Shown here: positions 9,049 through 18,828 of the stretch, one piece after another | Position numbering within the stretch: position 1 is the stretch's first letter | Layout: each line of letters opens with the position of its first letter | Origin: Trueperaceae bacterium | Lineage (GTDB): Bacteria > Deinococcota > Deinococci > Deinococcales > Trueperaceae | Length of the DNA: 64,000 bases | Assembly: GCA_034520945.1 (NCBI GenBank) | Contig: JAXHNB010000005.1 | Coordinates: forward strand, 1-64,000 | Direction of reading: 5' to 3' | The notes under the pieces: model-generated | Seen by the model: the letters and a program-made list of their open reading frames with translations, nothing else | What the model was told of the DNA's origin: nothing | Database searches by the model: none | Program-made: the position numbers and the translations under genes

Positions 9049-10092
9049 GTGAACGACGCAGCCGACGCACCGGCCCACGGAAGTGCCGGCGGCACGATCC
9101 GACGGGCGCGGCTCGCCGTGCACCTCTACGCGATGCCGGCCCTGGGCGCTCTGACGCTCGGCCTGTTCGCCTTCTCCTGGTCGCAGGGGTTTCCCGATCG
9201 CGTCGAGGCGTTCTCGACCCCTGCGTTGGCCGCACTGATGCTGGGGACCGGCCTGCGGGCGTGGCGGACCGGCCGGGCATCGGAGCTCCTGGAACGCGTA
9301 GCGCTTGCCGCGACGCTGGTGGTCCTCGTTCTGGCCGCGTTCGAGCCGGTCGCGTCGGGCCGTTTCGAGATCGGCTACCCCTACCTTCTCGGCTACGGAC
9401 CGCTCGCCTACGCGGCGTCCCTCCTGTTCCTCGGACCGAGGACCGGGTCGCTCGTCGCTGTGGCGACGTTCCTGGGCCTCGCGCTGGCCACCGTGCTGGG
9501 CGTCGCGACCGCGCAGATCCCTCCCGTTAGGGCCATGCCGCTGGTGGCTGCACATCCGATCCTGATCGGGCTGCTGTATGCCGTCGCCTGGACGGCCGCG
9601 ACGTACGCGCGCGATCACCGCGACGCCGAGCGCGCGGCTGCGACGGACCCGCTCACCGGCGCACTGAACCGGCGTTCGGGCGAACGGATGCTGGACGGGC
9701 TCGACGGTCCGTTCCAGCTGCTGGTCGTGGACCTCGACCGTTTCAAGCGCGTGAATGACGAGCGTGGCCACACGTTCGGCGACAGCGTCCTTCGGGCGGT
9801 CGCGCAGGCACTGCGCGCGGCGGTGCGTTCGGGTGACGCCGTGGTGCGTTGGGGAGGGGACGAGTTCGTGGTCGTGGCTCCCGGGAGCGGCGACGACGAA
9901 GGCGAGACGCTCCTGGACCGCGTCCGGACGTCGCTGGACGCTGCCTTCGCCGATCTGGACGACGGGGTGGGAGCCAGCGTGGGGACGGCGACCCGTGCCG
10001 TCGGCGAAGATTGGACGGCCGCCTTCGACCGGGCCGACGCGGACATGTACGGAGCGAAGGACCGAAGATCGGCCGATGTCGCTCAGCCGTGA
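9049..10092 (+). CDS. Membrane diguanylate cyclase (GGDEF)
   Basis: About 6 TM segments, TDPLTGALNRR, DLDRFKRVND..GH..GD, RSGD I-site, RWGGDEF. TAGACT lies 7 nt before GTG. Confidence 0.93.
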   Translation: MNDAADAPAHGSAGGTIRRARLAVHLYAMPALGALTLGLFAFSWSQGFPDRVEAFSTPALAALMLGTGLRAWRTGRASELLERVALAATLVVLVLAAFEPVASGRFEIGYPYLLGYGPLAYAASLLFLGPRTGSLVAVATFLGLALATVLGVATAQIPPVRAMPLVAAHPILIGLLYAVAWTAATYARDHRDAERAAATDPLTGALNRRSGERMLDGLDGPFQLLVVDLDRFKRVNDERGHTFGDSVLRAVAQALRAAVRSGDAVVRWGGDEFVVVAPGSGDDEGETLLDRVRTSLDAAFADLDDGVGASVGTATRAVGEDWTAAFDRADADMYGAKDRRSADVAQP

Positions 10093-10140
10093 ATCGGGGT
10101 GCCCGACCGCGGGGCGGCCGGGTCAGCGAAGGAGACGCTG

Positions 10141-11226
10141 ATGAGGGGCGAAGAGGCCATAGCCGAGACGATGATGGCGGTCGTGACCACGGGCACCGGA
10201 GGCTACGACGAGCTCGACTACCGGGCGGTCCCGATCCCGATGCCGGGCCCGGGCGAGGTGCTGCTGAAGGTGCTCGCCGCAGGCGTGAACAACACGGAGA
10301 TCAACACGCGCCTCGGCTGGTACTCCTCGTCCGTGAGGAACGGCACGAACGACACCGACGCTGGCGGGGGCGGGCGGAGCGATGGGGGTTGGAACGACGC
10401 CACGCCGTTCCCGTTGATCCAGGGCACCGATTGCTGCAGGCGGGTCGTCGCGGCGGGACCGAGCGTCGACGAAGGCTGGGTCGGTGCGCGTGTGCGGGTC
10501 CGCCTCTGCATGCGTACGGACGGCTTCGACAGCATGGACACGGTCTGGCTCGGCTCGGATATCGACGGCGCGTTCGCCCAGTACGTCGTGGTGCCCCAAA
10601 GCGAAATCTTCGCCGTCGCGTGTGCATGGAGCGACGCCGAACTCGCCTCCATCCCCTGCGCCTACGGCACCGCAGATAACATGGTCCGACGCGCAGGGGT
10701 GCGCGAAGGCACGCAGGTTCTCGTTCCGGGAGCGTCGGGTGGGGTCGGGTCGGCGGTCGTTCAACTCGCCAAGCGCCGGGGCGCGGAGGTCATCGGCATA
10801 ACGAGCGCGACGAAACGCGACAGGGTCAGGGACATCGGAGCCGACCACGTCCTCGCACGGGAGGACGACGTGCTCGAAGCCCTCGGCTCATCGGGCGTGG
10901 ACGTCGTCGTCGACAATGTCGCGGGCCCGTCGTTCGGCACGATGCTGGAGGTCCTTCGTCGCGGAGGACGCTACGTGTCGTCCGGCGCGATCGCGGGGCC
11001 GATCGTCGAGCTCGACATGCGCACGATGTACCTCAAGGACATCACCCTCATCGGCTGCACCGCGTGGGACGAGCCCGTGTTTCCGAACCTCGTCTCCTAC
11101 ATCGAGCGAGGCGAGCTGAAGCCGATTCTGGACAGGACCTTTCCGCTCGACCGGATCGCCGACGCACAGCGCACCTTCCAGTCGAAGCGGCACGGTGGAA
11201 AGATCGTGTTGATCCCCCCGCCCTGA
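10141..11226 (+). CDS. MDR-superfamily oxidoreductase (quinone-reductase-like)
   Basis: PGPGEVLLKVLAAGVNNTE, DGAFAQY, GASGGVG, GKIVL. Lacks the catalytic Zn Cys/GHE motif. Confidence 0.88.
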   Translation: MRGEEAIAETMMAVVTTGTGGYDELDYRAVPIPMPGPGEVLLKVLAAGVNNTEINTRLGWYSSSVRNGTNDTDAGGGGRSDGGWNDATPFPLIQGTDCCRRVVAAGPSVDEGWVGARVRVRLCMRTDGFDSMDTVWLGSDIDGAFAQYVVVPQSEIFAVACAWSDAELASIPCAYGTADNMVRRAGVREGTQVLVPGASGGVGSAVVQLAKRRGAEVIGITSATKRDRVRDIGADHVLAREDDVLEALGSSGVDVVVDNVAGPSFGTMLEVLRRGGRYVSSGAIAGPIVELDMRTMYLKDITLIGCTAWDEPVFPNLVSYIERGELKPILDRTFPLDRIADAQRTFQSKRHGGKIVLIPPP

Positions 11227-11268
11227 TCGGCCGATCCGGCCGTGGACGCGCCGCTGCACGTGCATGCG

Positions 11269-11311
11269 TGGTGGGCGATGACGGATTCGAACCGCCGACC
11301 TACCGCTTGTA
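11269..11311 (-). repeat. att-like copy of tRNA-Val 3' end (inner copy)
   Basis: 43 nt identical to 37047-37089. Confidence 0.95.
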
Positions 11312-11417
11312 GAATCCAGAACTTGCGGTCGCGTATGGCTCCGATGTCGGTGTACATGCCAGACGTTTCATTCCGACGCTTTAGCGGTGTGGCCGTACGG
11401 CTGCTACGCTCAAATAC

Positions 11418-12293
11418 GTGGACTCCGGTGGCGAACGACACACCAAGCGACACACCAATCCCCAGCTAGGGATATGGCAGCGGAGCCTGCTAATCTTCGC
11501 TTACGAAAAGGAGCAGAAGTTCTTCGCCGCATGGGAGTCCGAAGATTCTATCCCCGTCGCGGGCGGCCGAACTGGTGACAACGCCTCAGAACACGTTCGT
11601 GCACTACCCACGAAGCCTCCTCGGCCACCACGCACTGTAGCGTGGCTAGAGGCCCGTCGGGCGATCAATCACGAGCGCGAGCGAAAAATCGACACTCGAC
11701 TCGCCGATGCAGTTGATCAGCTTGAAGAACGGGGATTCGTAGACGTGGCCCCGCCTAGAAGACCGGGGCGAAAGAGGAGGAGACGGCACTACCAGCTAAC
11801 GGACCAGGGGAGGGGCCGAGCCGCCATGCTCGTGAACCACAAGGCGTCGCGAGAAGCGGGGGTGCCGGGCGATGTAGGAGGTCAGCGATACAAGTCCGAC
11901 TTGGTCTGGCCGCACTACTTGCAGTGGAAGACGAAGCGGGATGAACTCGAACGGGGTCTACACGACACGTTGCGAATGACACGAATGACCGAGCAGGAGC
12001 TCGCGGAGGAGCTCCGCGCGCTGATTCGGGCGAGAGTCCTTCAGGAGTACGCGAAACGGACACTTCCCGAAATCGAATCTGCTCATTCGGAACCCGCGCC
12101 CCACGGAATGGGTACCGCAACACTAACGATCATGTTCTCAGTTGCGGAGGCGGGAAGTGTTGATAAATACACAGTGGACATCATGAGTGCAATGGTTTCT
12201 GACGTCGCCTCAAAGGCAAATGCGAAGAAGAAGCAGGCGGAGCAACGCCGCGCGCCAATCCACAAGAATCCCCTAGAAGAAGATGTGGATTAG
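11418..12293 (+). CDS. Hypothetical protein with PadR/MarR-like winged-helix segment
   Basis: AVDQLEERGFVDV..RRRHYQLTDQGR. TACGCT 7 nt before GTG supports this start. Confidence 0.6.
   Translation: MDSGGERHTKRHTNPQLGIWQRSLLIFAYEKEQKFFAAWESEDSIPVAGGRTGDNASEHVRALPTKPPRPPRTVAWLEARRAINHERERKIDTRLADAVDQLEERGFVDVAPPRRPGRKRRRRHYQLTDQGRGRAAMLVNHKASREAGVPGDVGGQRYKSDLVWPHYLQWKTKRDELERGLHDTLRMTRMTEQELAEELRALIRARVLQEYAKRTLPEIESAHSEPAPHGMGTATLTIMFSVAEAGSVDKYTVDIMSAMVSDVASKANAKKKQAEQRRAPIHKNPLEEDVD
11436..11458 (+). repeat. Tandem 11-bp repeat, probable integrase arm-type sites
   Basis: CGACACACCAA-g-CGACACACCAA ~125 nt inside the att. A related pair lies at 36954-36975. Confidence 0.55.
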
Positions 12294-12353
12294 CGGGCAA
12301 TAGAGCCGTCAGGGACACAGAAAACGTAGACGCAGCACGTTGAAGGCTGGTAC

Positions 12354-12462
12354 CTTCGTTGGCGTACGCCGTTGCACGTCACGTGCGACCCAACGAAGAA
12401 GAGCGGCCGCTCTCCGCCAAGAGAATCCGCGGCCGCTCCACAGCCCGAGCCCTTGGGCTCGG
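12354..12462 (+). ncRNA. Multi-stem structured leader upstream of the excisionase
   Basis: Stems 12354-62/12390-98 (enclosing hairpins), 12401-10/12429-38 and 12445-51/12456-62. Confidence 0.5.
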
Positions 12463-12482
12463 TGGCCCCGTAGGAGCCGTCC

Positions 12483-12710
12483 ATGACAGTAGCAGATGAA
12501 ACTCCGCGTCGCCGGCGATTGGTGTTGCTCCGAGACCCACGCGTCCGCGAGCTCACGCAAGCTCCCCTATCGTCGCTATACGACAAGGCCCGAGCTAATC
12601 CACCACGTCTCCCCGGAATCGTCAGAATCGGCAGGCGCGTGCTGATTGATCTCGACAAACTCGAAGACTGGATCGATGCTGGGGGCGAGCGTCAGGAAAT
12701 TCAGCAGTGA
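12483..12710 (+). CDS. Excisionase/AlpA-like HTH protein
   Basis: 75 aa; VRELTQAPLSSLYDKAR..LPGIVRIGRRVLIDLDKLEDWI; AGGAG RBS. Confidence 0.8.
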   Translation: MTVADETPRRRRLVLLRDPRVRELTQAPLSSLYDKARANPPRLPGIVRIGRRVLIDLDKLEDWIDAGGERQEIQQ

Positions 12711-12928
12711 CCGTGTCGCGCGTATCAGATTCCTCCCGCCTGTCTACTGATGCCACCGTGGATCTGCAGACGATTCGCCAGCTTGCAGGCGATCCGTCGC
12801 TCCCGCTTCCTGGCATCGGATCCCCCCGATACTGGCCCGGACCATCAATAGGCAACCAAATGATGGTCTCCACGCTCATGATAGGCCAACGAGGCTGGCT
12901 GTCGGTCTTTCAGGCGGTCATGCGATGA
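12707..12928 (+). CDS. Small hypothetical protein
   Basis: Coupled to both neighbours by GTGA and ATGA overlaps. Confidence 0.45.
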   Translation: MTVSRVSDSSRLSTDATVDLQTIRQLAGDPSLPLPGIGSPRYWPGPSIGNQMMVSTLMIGQRGWLSVFQAVMR

Positions 12929-13869
12929 TCGATGCAGCCCTTCAATACGCTCACCTGAAATATCTCCGCCTGTTGCCAGTGTCGGTCGATCCACGAAGTG
13001 GGTTTGAGCCCAAGCAGCCGGTCTCCTGGCGTGGCGGGCAACGGGCCGGAATACGGACCGCCACACGCGACCTCGCGGAGCTTCGCCATCGGTGGCCAGA
13101 TGGTCCCTACGTGGGTGTGGCCGGCGTGTTCATGGACCTCGTGATCGATTGTGACCGCCCTGAGCACCTGCCGAGCCTACTTCATGAGTTCACTGAACTT
13201 GCAGCCGCGCCGTTCCAACGATCACCTTCCGGCGGAGGGCACATGGTCCTCCGCGTACCCCCAGGCTACGGAAAGATCCCGGTAGGCCGGTGGCCAAGGA
13301 GCGCCCCGAAGGACCAGCACATCGGTGACTTACGTGGCCTCGGCTCGGCGTACATTCTCTTGGCTCCCAGCCGGCTCGACGAGCGAGGGTATGTGTGGGA
13401 GAAGCGCCTTCCAGCAAACCGTGATGGCCTTCCAATGGCAACCAAGGGTCTACTCACGTACCTGACTCTTCGTTCAAGCGGGGTGGGCATCCACCGGCAA
13501 GCTAGTTCAGCGCCGAGCTCACCGTCCTCGCCAAATCGCTTCCGCGAGGTGAAGTACGCCGAGGCGGCACTGGCGCTGGCGGCAGCGAAGCTAGCTGCAA
13601 TGCAGCCCAATACGGGTCGCAACACGACACTCAATGCGGCCGCCTACTCTCTCGGACACAAGGTCGCTTCGGGCCATCTGGATCGCGAAGCGGTCGAACG
13701 TGCGCTCCTCAAGGCTGCAACGGATGCCGGCTTGCCGTACCTGGAAGCAGTGCGAACCCTCCAGAGCGGTTTGAAAGCCGGCATGCAGGAACCATGGCAT
13801 GGCCGTCTAGATGATTCCGGCACCACGCTTGAGGAGCGTAAGCAACGGGCCATGAAGGACTGGCGATGA
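12925..13869 (+). CDS. Bifunctional primase/polymerase (Prim-Pol) with C-terminal helical domain
   Basis: AALQYA..LLPV..KQP..ATRD..LVIDCD..SPSGGGH..DLRG..YILLAPS; GRNTTLNAAAYSLG. Confidence 0.85.
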   Translation: MIDAALQYAHLKYLRLLPVSVDPRSGFEPKQPVSWRGGQRAGIRTATRDLAELRHRWPDGPYVGVAGVFMDLVIDCDRPEHLPSLLHEFTELAAAPFQRSPSGGGHMVLRVPPGYGKIPVGRWPRSAPKDQHIGDLRGLGSAYILLAPSRLDERGYVWEKRLPANRDGLPMATKGLLTYLTLRSSGVGIHRQASSAPSSPSSPNRFREVKYAEAALALAAAKLAAMQPNTGRNTTLNAAAYSLGHKVASGHLDREAVERALLKAATDAGLPYLEAVRTLQSGLKAGMQEPWHGRLDDSGTTLEERKQRAMKDWR

Positions 13870-16022
13870 ACGCGCCGGAGCTTCACGACATTGCTCGCAA
13901 GGCTACTGCTGCTCGGCTCAGGGCCACTCTGGCTGAGCTGTTTCCCGTCATTCACGACGCCGACCCGCCCCTACTCGACAGTGAAACGGACGCCCTGCTG
14001 GGGGAGGTGGCGAAGGCCGCAGGCGTCAGGACGATCGCCGTGCGCCAGGACTGGGAGAACTATTTGGCCAGCCGCGAGGACGGCAAGAAGGGCGAAGGAG
14101 AGAAGCGGTCGCAAGCGTCGAGCCTGATCGAGTTGACCCGTGAGAAGTACCGCTTCGGGATCAGCGCATCGGGCGAGACGTTCGGCGTGCTGCACGAAGG
14201 CCCCCAGATGGCGGTGCTGATGCGAGGGGGTCAGCACTCCCTTCGGGCGCAGTTGGCTCGCGACTACTTTCAGCGCCACGGCAGGGCAGCCTCCCAACAG
14301 GCGCTGGCCGACGCGCTTCTCACACTCGACGGGTTCGCGCAGGAGGCGGAGCCGGAACGTCTCTACCAGCGCGTTGCTGAGTACGACGGTGCCTGGTGGC
14401 TCGACATGGGCGACAACACCGGCCGCGCCATCCGCATATGCGATGGAGAGTGGACCATCGAACAGCCGCCGGTGCTGTTCAAGCGCACCCCCCTTACGGG
14501 CGCCCTCCCAACACCCGAATCCGGCGGCGACATTGACGAGCTATGGCACATCGCGAACGTCACTTCCGAGGACCGCCCCCTCTTGGTCGCGTACCTCATC
14601 GCGAGCCTGCGACCCGACATTGCGCACCCCATCCTTGGTCTGTTCGGTGAGCACGGTGCCGGCAAGACCACCGTCTTGAAAGCCCTCGTGCTTCTACTCG
14701 ACTCCGGCCCAGTCCCGTACCGCAAGCCACCCCGCGACGCTGACAGTTGGGTCACGGCCGCCGCGGGCTCATGGTTGGTCGGGATCGACAACCTGACCGC
14801 CATCCCGGACTGGCTATCGGACTGCCTGTGCCGTGCCGTTACGGGCGACGGCGACGTCCGCCGCAAGCTCTACACCGACGGGCAACTCGCCACCTTCGCC
14901 TTCCGGCGCGTCCTCGCCCTCACTGGCATTGATCTTGGTGCCCTCAACGGCGACCTGACGGAACGGCTACTCCACATCCAGCTCGAAGAGATTGAAGAGG
15001 AACAGCGCGAGGACGAGGAAGCTCTCTGGCACGGATGGGCGGACCGCCACCCAAGACTGCTGGGCGCCTTCCTCGACCTGGCAGCCAGGGTGGCCGCAAT
15101 TCTGCCCACCGTTCACCTGGCCAGGAAGCCTCGCATGGCCGACTTCGCGCGCATTCTCGCTGCCGTAGACAGGGTGCTTGGAACCAACGGCGTGGAGCGC
15201 TACATGTCTGCCGCAGGCCGCATGGCCGCCGACTCCCTGACCGGCGACACATTCGTCGCAACCATGCAGGAACGACTCTCGGCGACCTTCGAGGGCACAT
15301 CCGGTGACCTGCTTCGGGTGGTCACGCCCTCCGATGATAAGTGGCGCCGCCCCAAGGACTGGCCCACCACCGTGCGTGCCGTAACGCAACGGCTGCGCAA
15401 GCAGGCGCCGATGATGCGCAAGGCTGGATGGGAGGTAACCGACGATGGGGGCGCCAACAAGGCCAAGGTCGTGACCTGGCGCATCACCCCCCCGGGCAGT
15501 GAGGGCGACCACGAGCCCGACCCGCGAGACCCGCCTCACCCGCCTAAGGGCGTCGAATCTCGTCGGAGACGCGCACAGCACTTCGCTCCGGAAGGGAGCG
15601 TCAGCCCCGCCAGTGACCCGCCGGCGGGTCAAGAACGCCTGCCCAGCGGGGGGACACGGGGCCACACTCCTCCCACAGCGCCATTGCAGGAAGCCTGGCC
15701 TACACGAGACTCATTGAGAGGCGGCGGGGCAGCGGGCTTGGCGGGTCGGACGCTCGGAGACGCTCAGGATGATCGCGATGATCGGTCCGACCTCTCTGCC
15801 AAAGCAGCGCACGAGGTTGATCACTTTGACGGTCGACCGCAAGAGGAGGTGCGGCATTGGGCGTCCACCAACCTGAACGGCGCGCCGGTCTGGTGGGAGT
15901 CGACGATCCTTACGGAACCCTTGGCCGTTGCCGTGGCCCTCCGACTCATTGATCGGCACGAGGTCGCGCCGAGCCACGCGCTGAACGCGGCCCGCGCCGC
16001 AGTTCGGGGGAATGCAGCGTGA
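13866..16022 (+). CDS. Primase-associated P-loop ATPase/helicase
   Basis: Walker A GEHGAGKTT, IDNL, VTGDG..RKLYTD, RMADF; low-complexity C-terminus; ATGA overlap with Prim-Pol. Confidence 0.8.
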   Translation: MNAPELHDIARKATAARLRATLAELFPVIHDADPPLLDSETDALLGEVAKAAGVRTIAVRQDWENYLASREDGKKGEGEKRSQASSLIELTREKYRFGISASGETFGVLHEGPQMAVLMRGGQHSLRAQLARDYFQRHGRAASQQALADALLTLDGFAQEAEPERLYQRVAEYDGAWWLDMGDNTGRAIRICDGEWTIEQPPVLFKRTPLTGALPTPESGGDIDELWHIANVTSEDRPLLVAYLIASLRPDIAHPILGLFGEHGAGKTTVLKALVLLLDSGPVPYRKPPRDADSWVTAAAGSWLVGIDNLTAIPDWLSDCLCRAVTGDGDVRRKLYTDGQLATFAFRRVLALTGIDLGALNGDLTERLLHIQLEEIEEEQREDEEALWHGWADRHPRLLGAFLDLAARVAAILPTVHLARKPRMADFARILAAVDRVLGTNGVERYMSAAGRMAADSLTGDTFVATMQERLSATFEGTSGDLLRVVTPSDDKWRRPKDWPTTVRAVTQRLRKQAPMMRKAGWEVTDDGGANKAKVVTWRITPPGSEGDHEPDPRDPPHPPKGVESRRRRAQHFAPEGSVSPASDPPAGQERLPSGGTRGHTPPTAPLQEAWPTRDSLRGGGAAGLAGRTLGDAQDDRDDRSDLSAKAAHEVDHFDGRPQEEVRHWASTNLNGAPVWWESTILTEPLAVAVALRLIDRHEVAPSHALNAARAAVRGNAA

Positions 16023-16234
16023 CGCCCACAAGGGATGATCGCCTCGCCGAGCTCGCCGCGCGTCACTACCTCGGCGAGTACACGGGTTTGGTGGCACGCC
16101 GACTGGATGCACTCTTGGGCGTACCTGGCGGCGCGGAGAACGCAGATTCGTTGCGGATCGCTTGCGAGCACCTGGGTGTGACGGGGGAGGCCGTCGAAGA
16201 GGTCGTGGCCCGGCTGCCGGGGGGCACGGCCTGA
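16019..16234 (+). CDS. Small hypothetical protein
   Basis: GTGA overlap with the helicase; 71 aa, helical-looking. Confidence 0.55.
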   Translation: MTPTRDDRLAELAARHYLGEYTGLVARRLDALLGVPGGAENADSLRIACEHLGVTGEAVEEVVARLPGGTA

Positions 16235-16361
16235 CGTGCAGGTTCGGGCTTTGGTGTAGGGCGTCGGGTGTGGCCGTTTGAATGTCGACGTGGCGTGCTT
16301 CGGCGGGCTGCGGGGGTACGGGATGTTGGGCGGTGGGTGCCGTTGAGCTTGGCGGCGGGGT

Positions 16362-17051
16362 TTACGGTCGGCGTGGGCTCAGGCCGCCCATCTTGTCGAG
16401 GAGTTTGCGGAGTGTCGTTTTGTTGCGGCGACGTCGCGCGCTGATTTTGGCGATGCGCTTCTCCCGGCGTCGTTGCAGGCGGGCTGCGGCGTCGGGGTTG
16501 CCGCGGGCTGCGTCGCGTCGGTCTTGTGCCGGGGTGCGGTGGTGGGCGCGTGATCGGTAGGTGAGGCCGAGGCAGTCGCTACAGGCGAGGGCGCTCTCTG
16601 CGCGGTTGGGGGCGCCGAGGTGTCTTGCGTCGAAGTAGTACAGCAGGCGCTTGTTGTGTTGGCAGTGGGGGCAGATCCACCAGTGGCGTACGCCGATGTG
16701 CTGGCGGGTCGTGGCGACGTCGATCGGTTCGCTTTGCTGGCCGGGGGTGAGCGTGAGGAGTAGGCGGTTCGGGTCAAAGTAGAAGCGGTGGGCGCGTCGG
16801 TTCTCGTGGTCGAACGTGGGTAGGTCGTCGATCGGGTACTGGATGTCGAGTATGCCTTGGGCTTCGTCGACGCGGGGGGCGCGCTCTCGGGGCGTGCCGT
16901 CCTTCCGCTTGGTGATGTACGTGAGTTCTGGGGAGGTAGCGCTGGTGAAGACGATGGAGCGTGGGTCGGCGGGTCGGAGCCAGCTGTAGCCGTTGACGTC
17001 GTATCGTCCGTGCTCGATTCGTATGCGGTCCCGTTCGTTCTTGGTGCCCAT
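16362..17051 (-). CDS. Basic zinc-finger protein of mobile elements
   Basis: GVRHWWICPHC..LLY..LACSDCLGLTYRS and an Arg/Lys-rich tail. Confidence 0.7.
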   Translation of the reverse strand: MGTKNERDRIRIEHGRYDVNGYSWLRPADPRSIVFTSATSPELTYITKRKDGTPRERAPRVDEAQGILDIQYPIDDLPTFDHENRRAHRFYFDPNRLLLTLTPGQQSEPIDVATTRQHIGVRHWWICPHCQHNKRLLYYFDARHLGAPNRAESALACSDCLGLTYRSRAHHRTPAQDRRDAARGNPDAAARLQRRREKRIAKISARRRRNKTTLRKLLDKMGGLSPRRP

Positions 17052-17568
17052 CTTCGTGCCCTTTCAATCTCAGCTTGGGAAGATGCTTGCGAAATGAACG
17101 CACATGATTTCGGCGATTTTGGGGTCGTACCGGCCGTTGTGTGGGAATTAAGACTTCGGGCCGGGCGTCGGCGCTTGCGTGGGCGTCACGGACAGGCGCG
17201 GCCAACGAGCGGTAGAGGGTTCGGCATCACTCTTATGCGTGCAGCTGCCTGAAGGTGAGGTCGGGCATGGGCGGCCTTGCGAAGACCATAGATGCCTGGC
17301 GCGCAACAGGGATTGCGGAGCTCGGTTCCTGCCACGACTACCTTGGCACTGAAGGTCGGGTCCCCTTCGCGCTGAATGCGTGCCCGTGCCGGCCTGGAAG
17401 CCAATACGGGTTCTCCCTTCACGACGATACTTGCAGCGTTGTGGGGGCTTCGGTTTGATGTGAGGGCGTTCAGGGCCGTGACTACCTTTCGGCAAAATGC
17501 GCAGACTCCTTCATTCAATGTTCTTTGCACCAACGTCGATGAAACCGAACACATGTGAGCTCCAACGT

Positions 17569-18054
17569 TCAATCGCAGCGGTCTAGGCCAGCCGAAATGA
17601 CTGGTCCCACAGAGACATACCCAATTGAATACTCTGGGTGCGGACGGAGGAGCGGGAGTACATCCTCATAGCCATACCTAGATGCCCAGTTTTGTGCTAC
17701 GCCATTGAGCGCATACACGCGGCCCTCCACTTCGAAGACCACGGCGCTCCCGTGCTCGCACCGTAGGGTGCCGCGAGGAACCTTGAACGGCCATTCGTAG
17801 GGCACGGTGGCGCTGGAGATGACACCTCGGGCAGCTCCGCGGGAAGTTTCGTTCGTGTCGCGGGGCACGTACAGAGACAAGATGACAATCAAAGTAAGGC
17901 ATAGCAAGACGAAAACAACGGGCCAGTGATCCGTCTTGCGAGGCGCTGCGGCCTGACGGGCCTCATGCGCTTCACGTGCAGCACGGACTTGTTCAGGCGA
18001 TAGCTTCGGTCGCCCAATCACCGGCTCGTTTTCTCGTCGAGGTTCACTTGGCAT
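17569..18054 (-). CDS. Membrane-anchored DUF2511/YebY-like protein
   Basis: TM WPVVFVLLCLTLIVILSLYV, then EWPFKVPRGTLRCE..VYALNGVA..VISAGLDRC. Confidence 0.65.
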   Translation of the reverse strand: MPSEPRRENEPVIGRPKLSPEQVRAAREAHEARQAAAPRKTDHWPVVFVLLCLTLIVILSLYVPRDTNETSRGAARGVISSATVPYEWPFKVPRGTLRCEHGSAVVFEVEGRVYALNGVAQNWASRYGYEDVLPLLRPHPEYSIGYVSVGPVISAGLDRCD

Positions 18055-18828
18055 CCTACTACTCGTTATAGCGCAGAACCGAGCGTACCAATCGTACGCA
18101 AGCCCAGTAGAAGCTTGGAACCGTTGCGAATCACACGCGGACCCCGCGGGCGTGCGTGGTGTCTGCAAGGCAGCGAGCTTCGCGTACGCGTCGACTCGGG
18201 CCAACCTGTCATGAAGTAGCAGCGCACGAACGCGTCGGCGCCTGGTCCATGAGCGCTGACGGCTACCTCTTCAAATTCTGGCACGAATGCTCAGCACAAC
18301 CACGATTCAGATGATTCAGCCGATGGAATTGCCACAAGTGCGGCGATGCGGCTTTTGCGGGTGCTCGGCAAATAAGCGGCCCGACATACCTGAGATAAGG
18401 CGAGCACACTCGGAACCCGTCTGGCACACGCGTTTCGGTTTATGGTGTGTCGGTGTGGTGTCGCGGGGGGTGTTGCCGAGCGGAAAGTGAAGGTCGTCGG
18501 CAAGAAGGCCGACGACCTAGTCGGGGGCGACAACTGGAGGCCATGTCGTCGCAACATGATGGTACGGGTGATGACTGACCATGGCTGCGACTCTTGGGAT
18601 GGGTGCCTAGCGGGGAGCTATTCGGGCCGGGGCGGTAGAGGCTGGATCCTACACTCTGAACGGTCCGACGACCGGGGTTGTGGACTTTGGAGGCGGGCAG
18701 GGGCGACGCGAGTGCGTAAGCGTGGTTCGGGTGCTTTGACGCAGGGTGGCGCGGCGTAGCCGTCGCAGTGGCCGGCGCTGGGGGTGGTTCGTGCGGCCGG
18801 CTCGTGGGGCCCCGTCCGTCGGCGCGGT

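Larger units (their letters stand above)
7893..11311. mobile_element. Small integrase-less island between two tRNA-Val 3' copies
   Basis: Bounded by att copies; contains an IS110 remnant, a GGDEF gene and an MDR gene. Confidence 0.7.

Noticed and set aside
17148..17572. ORFs downstream of the DUF2511-like gene
   Set aside because: One overlaps the upstream stop codon, but the translations show no protein-like pattern.
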